From Candidatus Saccharimonadales bacterium (GTDB taxonomy: Bacteria > Patescibacteriota > Saccharimonadia > Saccharimonadales > JANWIN01): a stretch of 64,000 nucleotides of DNA. Both the position numbers and the translations under genes were made by a program. Below, in pieces: positions 57,589 to 64,000 of the stretch. Under the pieces are notes generated by a model. The model worked only from the letters and a program-made list of their open reading frames with translations, did not search any database and was not told the origin of the DNA. The stretch's first letter is position 1; every line of letters begins with the position of its first letter. Location of the stretch: contig JANWIN010000008.1 of NCBI GenBank assembly GCA_025449905.1, positions 4,642-68,641 on the forward strand, in the 5' to 3' direction.

Positions 57589-58860
57589 TTAAGCACCAAC
57601 CCTTATTGGCGATATCCACTTACCGCCGGCATCTGACTGCTGGGTTATATCTTTATAGTTAGATAAGCATTTAAAAACCGCTATTACCTGAATAACCGTC
57701 ATCACGTAAAACAGCGGGTAAAGTGCTGGCGTTAGCAAAGACAAGGCAATTTTTTCTTTAAAGCTGAAGTACTCATCACCCCAGATTGCGAACAGTAGGA
57801 CAATCATTACCACTGCGCAGGCACCGGTGTAAAAGGCTGGGTTTAGGTTAACAATAGCTAGGTAAAACAGAGCAATAATTAATAGCGGCTCGAGTATTAG
57901 TTGTATTTCGCCCCATAGCGCTAGCGGCAGTTTGAACCAGCTAAGCATTTTACTGTGCCGAGACTGAGTACTAAACACCAGCTTACGATTAAGATAGATG
58001 GCTTGCAGGGCGCCTAGTTTCCAGCGGTAACGTTGGCGAAGCAGATTCTTATAAGTCGGTGCCGGTTCGGTATAAACCACCACATCGCTGCCGTATAACA
58101 AGCGGTTTACTTTATTACCCAACCTGGTAATTGCTAGGCTAATGGCGATATCTTCGGTCTGCATACTGCGCAGGTAATGCTTAACCTGGTTAAATACTTC
58201 CTTTCGGTAAAATGCGCCGGCGCCGCCGATGATGTACTCACAGTTAGCGTCGGAATTTAGTTTTTTGCTTCTAAAGCCGATTAAAAAGTCGAACTTTTGC
58301 AATATACCAATCAGCGTATAGCTGGGTAAAATCCGGACATTAGAGGCTAGTGCGGCTGTTTTTTCGTCGCTGAAGTAACGCACGGCATTCTTTATGGCGT
58401 TTTTCTCAATCTTGCAGTCTGCATCAAGGGTCATAACCAACTCGCCAGCCGGGAAGCGCTGGATGCCGTAGTGCAGAGCCTCGCCCTTACCGCCGTTAGC
58501 GCGCCGGGTTATTAGTTTTATATCTTTACTGGGATGCGTTTTAATAAAACGTCTAACTATTTCGCTGGTTTTATCAGTTGAGCCATCATCAACCACCACT
58601 ATTTGATACTTTCGGTAGGAACTTTTAACAATGCTTGTCAAACACCTCTCAATAACCCGCTCTTCATTGTTAGCGGCAATTAAAATCTTTACCGTTGGGC
58701 GATAGGCAAAGTATTTACCGCTCGGGTGCTTTTTTTGCTTTTTAAGCCGGTGAGTAGCTCGAATATCATAGATGTTGGCAAATATTAAGATTAAAGCCAT
58801 GTAAGTCAGGCTAAGAAGGGCTAGGCTTATAAAAATGTAGGTCAAAATTTGATGAGTCAT
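57589..58860 (-). CDS. Processive GT2 glycosyltransferase (PgaC/IcaA-like)
   Basis: DDGS, DAD, TED, QRYRW; TM helices. Confidence 0.92.
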   Translation of the reverse strand: MTHQILTYIFISLALLSLTYMALILIFANIYDIRATHRLKKQKKHPSGKYFAYRPTVKILIAANNEERVIERCLTSIVKSSYRKYQIVVVDDGSTDKTSEIVRRFIKTHPSKDIKLITRRANGGKGEALHYGIQRFPAGELVMTLDADCKIEKNAIKNAVRYFSDEKTAALASNVRILPSYTLIGILQKFDFLIGFRSKKLNSDANCEYIIGGAGAFYRKEVFNQVKHYLRSMQTEDIAISLAITRLGNKVNRLLYGSDVVVYTEPAPTYKNLLRQRYRWKLGALQAIYLNRKLVFSTQSRHSKMLSWFKLPLALWGEIQLILEPLLIIALFYLAIVNLNPAFYTGACAVVMIVLLFAIWGDEYFSFKEKIALSLLTPALYPLFYVMTVIQVIAVFKCLSNYKDITQQSDAGGKWISPIRVGA

Positions 58861-58863
58861 GGC

Positions 58864-59454
58864 TTAGCTCACCTTCAGCAATCTAAAGGTCATTATTCGA
58901 CGGTACTGGTAAAATGTGCCTTCACAAGTCATTAGCCGGATTTCCGGCTTTTCAGCCGCTAAACCAAGAATGTTAGTGTCGGTCGGGTTAGCGTAATTAT
59001 CGTGAACGTAGTAATACTCAAACAGCTTGCCATTTCGGCCTTTAATCAGTAGTTGATCACCTTCAACCAGCTTTTCAGTCTTCTTCAGTACATCAGCCCG
59101 GTTGTGACCATATATTAAAGTGTTACTTTTTTTACTACTCAGCGGCGTGGTTACGTCACTGGCGTAAAAGACGCTGTCATTAGACAACGTCCACAGCCGT
59201 GTGGTTGGATTATAATGGCCGTCCTGAACATCGAGGTTAATACCTAGACGCGGTAGGCTAATACTGGCTGGCAGAGCTGTCTGCGTAGGTTTGGCAGCCG
59301 GACTCTCTATTGTTTGGTTAATTCTAACGTCGTTGGTGGCAATAACTCTTTTTATTGATAGCGACTTATAAAAATAGGGAAAAGTAAAGGCCAGAAGTGT
59401 CAGGCCGTATAGCGGCATTATCTTTAAAACAAAGGTTTTACGTGAGGCTTCCAT
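58864..59454 (-). CDS. Sortase
   Basis: N-terminal TM; IYGHN, LMTC, downstream Arg. Confidence 0.88.
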   Translation of the reverse strand: MEASRKTFVLKIMPLYGLTLLAFTFPYFYKSLSIKRVIATNDVRINQTIESPAAKPTQTALPASISLPRLGINLDVQDGHYNPTTRLWTLSNDSVFYASDVTTPLSSKKSNTLIYGHNRADVLKKTEKLVEGDQLLIKGRNGKLFEYYYVHDNYANPTDTNILGLAAEKPEIRLMTCEGTFYQYRRIMTFRLLKVS

Positions 59455-59469
59455 TTGCGTATCTAGTGT

Positions 59470-59497
59470 AAATAACAGCCCCTGAAGACTGTTATTT
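59470..59497 (-). terminator. Hairpin between the small peptide gene and sortase
   Basis: AAATAACAG..CTGTTATTT. Confidence 0.45.
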
Positions 59498-59524
59498 TAC
59501 GGTTAACTTTTAGCTAACTTCCAA

Positions 59525-59707
59525 TTATTTAGAAGTCATTTTGTAGACACGGCTAGCTGCGTGGGTAAGCAAGATTGCACCTATCGCAAACAAGCTGACA
59601 ATAGCGATTATTCCTAGGCTTCCATGTGTATCTGGAAGTAAGGCAACGCCACCGGCTACTGCTGCAGCTCCACCGCCGAATCCACCTACGGGTAAAGTAC
59701 CTGACAT
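59525..59707 (-). CDS. 60-aa peptide with an LPxT(H)G-type sorting signal
   Basis: AAGGAG SD; Gly/Ala-rich head, LPDTHG, TM helix, basic tail. Confidence 0.75.
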   Translation of the reverse strand: MSGTLPVGGFGGGAAAVAGGVALLPDTHGSLGIIAIVSLFAIGAILLTHAASRVYKMTSK

Positions 59708-59810
59708 TTTAACTCCTTAAGATTTAGTTCAAAAAATACTTTATAGGATTTTTGACGTTTAGTCAATTAGATTTTTGCAATTCAGCGATTATACCTCTAA
59801 TAATATAAAC

Positions 59811-59839
59811 TTGACATTTATAGTATTATTGTGTATAGT
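59811..59839 (+). promoter_or_regulatory. Promoter for the collagen-like gene
   Basis: TTGACA-17-TATAGT. Confidence 0.7.
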
Positions 59840-59945
59840 GCTAATTCAAGGGTAAGCCGAGTTGTCTTATATAACCGCTCGGCATCAACATTAAATGCGG
59901 CGGTTGCCGCCTCTCGCAGAGAGTAAAGAAGGAGTTTTATTACTC

Positions 59946-61061
59946 ATGAAAGCAAAGCTTTTTAATCAAGATTTACTAACCAAGAGTTTATTGGTTGTTC
60001 TAGCCTTACTATTAGTATGGTTTGTAATGTTTTTATTCGACATGCCCAAGAAAACCAACGGTGTTGTTCTGGGCGAATCAGCCAGCGTAGTCAGTGGCAC
60101 ACAAGGTCCACAGGGGATCCCCGGTTTAGACGGTCTTCAAGGAGTACAGGGAATACAAGGTATTCAGGGCGTCGCTGGCGTTAACGGCCAAGACGGTAAA
60201 GATGGAAACGATGGCGCAACTGGCGCTCAAGGTGTTCAGGGAGTTCAAGGTGAAACTGGTGCTCAGGGCGCACAAGGTCCACAGGGTGACACTGGTCAAA
60301 CTGGTGCTCAGGGACCACAGGGTGTTCAAGGTGTAAAAGGTGACACCGGAGCAACCGGTGCGCAAGGTCCGCAGGGCGACACTGGTGCTACCGGCGCTCA
60401 AGGTCCTCAAGGTGATAAAGGTGATATTGGTTTAACCGGTCCTCAAGGTGTTCAGGGTGAAACCGGTCCACAGGGAATTCAAGGTCCTATCGGTTTAACC
60501 GGTGCACAAGGACCACAGGGAATTCAAGGTCCTCAGGGTGACACCGGTCTTCAAGGTCCAACTGGTCAAACCGGTGCTATTGGTCTTACTGGTCCTCAAG
60601 GTCCAGCCGGAATCCAAGGTCCTATTGGCTTAACTGGCCCAACTGGTGCTACTGGTGCGCAAGGTCCTATCGGCTTAACAGGTCCAACCGGTCCTGCCGG
60701 TGCTACTGGTGCGCAAGGTCCTATTGGTCTAACCGGTCCCCAGGGTCCAGCTGGTCCAGCTGGTGCTGCCGGAGCCAACGCTTCAGCTTCACTAGAAACT
60801 GTTACTGCCACCTCAGGTACCGCAACTGGTTCGCCAGAAACTGCTTCTGCAACAGTTAGCTGTACGGGTTCTAAAAAGATCCTAGGCGGTGGCTACTTAG
60901 TTAACGCTGGTGTCGCTTCAGCCTCTAACAACCCAGGTGAAGTTAGCGTTGTGGAAAACCGTGCCGCTAGCGCTACTAGCTGGATAGTTCGAGCCTTCAC
61001 TGATAACAGCGGTGACGTAGGTAGCTGGACAATTACGGCTTACGCAATTTGTAGCCTGTAA
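59946..61061 (+). CDS. Membrane-anchored collagen-like surface protein
   Basis: N-terminal TM; 76 uninterrupted Gly-X-Y triplets (60096-60779); C-terminal domain with two Cys. Confidence 0.92.
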   Translation: MKAKLFNQDLLTKSLLVVLALLLVWFVMFLFDMPKKTNGVVLGESASVVSGTQGPQGIPGLDGLQGVQGIQGIQGVAGVNGQDGKDGNDGATGAQGVQGVQGETGAQGAQGPQGDTGQTGAQGPQGVQGVKGDTGATGAQGPQGDTGATGAQGPQGDKGDIGLTGPQGVQGETGPQGIQGPIGLTGAQGPQGIQGPQGDTGLQGPTGQTGAIGLTGPQGPAGIQGPIGLTGPTGATGAQGPIGLTGPTGPAGATGAQGPIGLTGPQGPAGPAGAAGANASASLETVTATSGTATGSPETASATVSCTGSKKILGGGYLVNAGVASASNNPGEVSVVENRAASATSWIVRAFTDNSGDVGSWTITAYAICSL

Positions 61062-61152
61062 TCGAGCAGTTGCCCACAGGTTTACACACAGCTTTTACAC
61101 AAATTTTAAAAAAACAGTTGACACCAAAATAGAGCAGATGGTACATTAGTAC

Positions 61153-61257
61153 ATGCCATCGTGAGGTGGCAATGGGGATATCAGCAATGATATTTCCAGG
61201 AAAGGACCCCGTAAAAAGGGTTCTTTTCAATTTTAGGGCCCATTTTGGGCCTTTTTG
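61153..61257 (+). ncRNA. Candidate stand-alone small structured RNA
   Basis: Promoter TTGACA(61118)-18-TACATT; hairpins capped by GTGA and GCAA, a third hairpin, then a terminator. Confidence 0.55.
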
Positions 61258-61305
61258 CGTGCTATACTAAGCAAGCTTATTTATAAATATTAGGAGGAAT
61301 AACAG

Positions 61306-61779
61306 ATGTCCAGTACTGCAAAATCTCTAATTATCGCAGCAGTGGTGGCCGTCCTAGGTGTGGGAGCATTTTTAGCTTTTGGCGGCGGCAATGATAACAA
61401 AAATGAAACGACCGAGCCAACCACACAGACTCAAACACAACCCTCACAATCTTCAAATGATTCAACCTCAAATCAGAGTAATTCTGGCGAGTGTCTTGAT
61501 AACAAGACAGCTAGCGCTACCGTAACCTACACAAACAATGGTTTTGAGCCAGCAACCAGTACTATCAAGGTAAATGGCTTCATAAAATTTGTAAATAACT
61601 CTGATAATCCTTTCCAGCTGGATTCTGATCCGCACCCGGTACACACTGATGAGCCGGAGCTTAATGTCGGTGAGATTCCTAAAGGTTCAAGTTGTACAAT
61701 CACTATCACCGAGAAGGGTGACTGGGGCTTTCATAACCACCTCAACTCTGTTGATCGAGCCAGAGTAACCGTAAATTAG
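61306..61779 (+). CDS. Exported cupredoxin-like protein
   Basis: TM anchor, T/S/Q linker, GFEP, SDPHPVH, G.WGFHNH. Confidence 0.75.
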   Translation: MSSTAKSLIIAAVVAVLGVGAFLAFGGGNDNKNETTEPTTQTQTQPSQSSNDSTSNQSNSGECLDNKTASATVTYTNNGFEPATSTIKVNGFIKFVNNSDNPFQLDSDPHPVHTDEPELNVGEIPKGSSCTITITEKGDWGFHNHLNSVDRARVTVN

Positions 61780-61815
61780 CCCTGGTATTAAGAGTTCTCG
61801 CGGTACAATATGCCT

Positions 61816-64000
61816 GTGAGCAAGTTTGAGAGCGAATACAAAAAGCTTAATCCAGCCCAAAAGCAGGCTGTTGACTATATTGAGGGCCCTTTGCTGGTTA
61901 TCGCCGGGCCGGGCACCGGTAAAACCCAACTTCTGACAACTCGGGTAGCCAATATTCTCTATAAAACTGATGTCCAGCCACAAAATATTCTATGCCTGAC
62001 CTTTACTGAGTCAGCTGCCTATGAAATGCGTCAACGCTTGGTCAACATGATTGGCCAACGAGCTTACAACATAACTATCAATACTTACCATGCTTTTGGC
62101 AGTGAGCTAATCGGTCGTTTTCCGGAATATTTTACAGATACCACGGACCTCCGGCCAGTTGATGAACTTGGACAGCATAGCATCGTCAAAAACATAATTG
62201 ATAATTTAAATTATGATAATCCTTTGAAAAATGCTAACAACTACGTCAAGGATGTCGTTGGTACGATTAGCGAGCTAAAAGTCGCTCTGCTAGAGCCTGA
62301 AGATATCAAAAAAATAGCTCAAGCTAACCTTAAGGACCTAGCTTTATTAAGCAAGCATACTAAGGTTGAGTTAAGCGGCCTGGTTCGGATAAGTTCTAAA
62401 TCAATTGACCTTTTTAAAAAGCTAGCCACCGCCACCAAGAAACTTAACAGCTCAAAGTATATAAGCCCGGGAATTTTAAGCTTGCCAAGCCTTTGGCAAC
62501 AGCAGTTGGAAGAGGCCCTTGAGCAGTGCGCCGTAAGTGGTAAAACTAAACCGCTAACCGAGTGGAAAAATAATTGGCTAATACGGGATGCTTCTAATAA
62601 TTTTGTGGCTGAAGGCGTTAATACTAATAAAAAGCTAGCGGCCCTAGCCGATATCTACGCCAGTTATCTCGAAAACCTAACAAGCCAAAAGCTGTTCGAT
62701 TACGACGATATGATACTGCATGCCGTAAGCGGGCTGGAAAAGTCACTGGAGCTACGCTACCGCTTACAAGAACAATATATGTACATCCTGCTGGACGAAT
62801 TTCAAGACACCAACGCCGCCCAACTAAAAATGGTTAAGCTGTTAAGCGACAACCCGTTGTTTGAAGGCAAGCCCAATGTCTTGGCAGTTGGCGACGACGA
62901 TCAGGCCATTTACGCTTTTCAGGGGGCCAACTACTCACATATGCTGACGTTTATGGCTATGTATAAGGGTGTTGAGCCAATCTCATTAACTGAAAACTAC
63001 CGCTCACATAAAGATGTTCTGCATCTTACCCATGGTATAGCCGAGCAGATTGAGGAGCGGCTGCACCATCACCTGAAAGATATAAATAAGCTGCTAAGCG
63101 CCGAAAACCGCCAGCTACCAGCCAAAGCTAGGGTTGAGCGACATGAGTTTAAGAGTGATGTTAGCGAATATGCTTGGATAGCTAAGCAAATAAGCACGTT
63201 AATAAAAAAGGGTGTTAAGCCCAGCGAAATCGCCGTATTAGCCCCAAAGCACCGCTATTTGGAGCCACTGGTGCCTTATTTAACCCGGGCCAACATTCCG
63301 CTGCGTTATGAAAAACGCGAAAATATCCTAGAAGACCCGCACATTAGCCAGTTAATTAGAATGAGCCAGCTGGTAATCTGCCTTCAGCAGAAAAATTACG
63401 GCGAGGCGGCCAGCTTGTGGCCAGAGGTTTTAAGCTACGATTTTTGGCAGCTGCCGACCGATCTTATCTGGCAATTATCGTGGCAAGCCAACGACACGCG
63501 ATCTGACTGGACTAACTTATTAGCCAACAATAGCCAAACTAAGCCGATAGCTATGTTTTTTAGTCGTCTTAGTAATCTTTTAAAAACTGAGACCCTGGAG
63601 ACCATACTTGATAGCTTAATTGGCATTACCCCACTGGACGCTACTGACTCCAAAAAGGCCTTCAGCTCACCGTTTTATGAGTATAATTTTGGCAAACCTG
63701 CCCGGGCTAAAAATTTACGTGGTTTTTGGAGCTTATTGTCCAATTTGACCGTCCTAAGACAACACTTACGCGAATATCGCCAAGCCGAAGATCAGGCCTT
63801 AATTCTGCCAGACCTTGTAAAATTCGCCGACGAGCACCGCGAGGCCAATATCAAAATACTTAACACCAGTCCTTATCACGAATCAGCTGAAGCCGTCCAA
63901 ATTATGACCGCCTACCGGGCTAAAGGTCAGGAGTTTGAGCACGTTTTTATTACGGCTTGCGTCGATGAAGTGTGGGGCTCCAAGGCTTCGTCGCAGTCTA
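61816..64000 (+). CDS. UvrD/PcrA-family ATP-dependent helicase, partial (runs off window)
   Basis: LNPAQKQAV, AGPGTGKT, CLTFT, DEFQD, VGDDDQAIYAF, ENYRS, AKGQEF. Confidence 0.93.
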   Translation, partial: MSKFESEYKKLNPAQKQAVDYIEGPLLVIAGPGTGKTQLLTTRVANILYKTDVQPQNILCLTFTESAAYEMRQRLVNMIGQRAYNITINTYHAFGSELIGRFPEYFTDTTDLRPVDELGQHSIVKNIIDNLNYDNPLKNANNYVKDVVGTISELKVALLEPEDIKKIAQANLKDLALLSKHTKVELSGLVRISSKSIDLFKKLATATKKLNSSKYISPGILSLPSLWQQQLEEALEQCAVSGKTKPLTEWKNNWLIRDASNNFVAEGVNTNKKLAALADIYASYLENLTSQKLFDYDDMILHAVSGLEKSLELRYRLQEQYMYILLDEFQDTNAAQLKMVKLLSDNPLFEGKPNVLAVGDDDQAIYAFQGANYSHMLTFMAMYKGVEPISLTENYRSHKDVLHLTHGIAEQIEERLHHHLKDINKLLSAENRQLPAKARVERHEFKSDVSEYAWIAKQISTLIKKGVKPSEIAVLAPKHRYLEPLVPYLTRANIPLRYEKRENILEDPHISQLIRMSQLVICLQQKNYGEAASLWPEVLSYDFWQLPTDLIWQLSWQANDTRSDWTNLLANNSQTKPIAMFFSRLSNLLKTETLETILDSLIGITPLDATDSKKAFSSPFYEYNFGKPARAKNLRGFWSLLSNLTVLRQHLREYRQAEDQALILPDLVKFADEHREANIKILNTSPYHESAEAVQIMTAYRAKGQEFEHVFITACVDEVWGSKASSQS

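Noticed and set aside
60096..60779. Tandem DNA repeats as a CRISPR or other nucleotide array
   Set aside because: Explained by collagen Gly-X-Y coding with synonymous variation; no spacers or cas genes in the window
495..63653. Numerous 60-170 aa ORFs antisense to or overlapping well-supported genes in the ORF track
   Set aside because: Shadow frames of conserved genes with no motifs or independent expression signals
1..64000. Alternative genetic code (UGA=Gly)
   Set aside because: TGA terminates conserved genes at expected ends (rplC, rplP, rplM, infA) and long genes have no internal TGA

Overview
The window looks like a core-genome segment from a Patescibacteria (CPR) bacterium, most likely Saccharibacteria. 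This is inferred from the missing rpmD/L30, a Tmk-ThyX fusion, Lys/Glu-rich ribosomal protein extensions and standard code 11. It holds the 3' end of rpsG, fusA, tuf, the S10-spc-alpha clusters, rplM/rpsI, trpS, holB, five tRNAs, secE-nusG-rplK-rplA, dTTP genes, leuA, rplJ-rplL, dnaX, dnaB, ybaB-recR, cysS, a cell-envelope cluster and a partial UvrD-type helicase. Several less ordinary features sit on this backbone. (1) EF-G has its G4 motif changed to NKIN and no recognisable G5, while EF-Tu is canonical. (2) Three leader-peptide attenuators (Trp/Phe, Leu, Ile/Thr) are present, two directly in front of orphan small ORFs. (3) About ten orphan mini-ORFs are inserted into conserved operons, several translationally coupled. 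(4) There are at least three families of dispersed structured repeats; one copy is flanked by a 20-bp duplication and two copies are open mini-ORFs. (5) A sortase, a 60-aa LPxT peptide, a GT2 synthase and a deacetylase form one cluster. (6) A candidate stand-alone small RNA has GNRA-capped hairpins. (7) Apparently leaderless genes are common, and structural zinc ribbons are lost across several proteins. All calls come from reading the sequence by eye; no database searches or folding programs were run.
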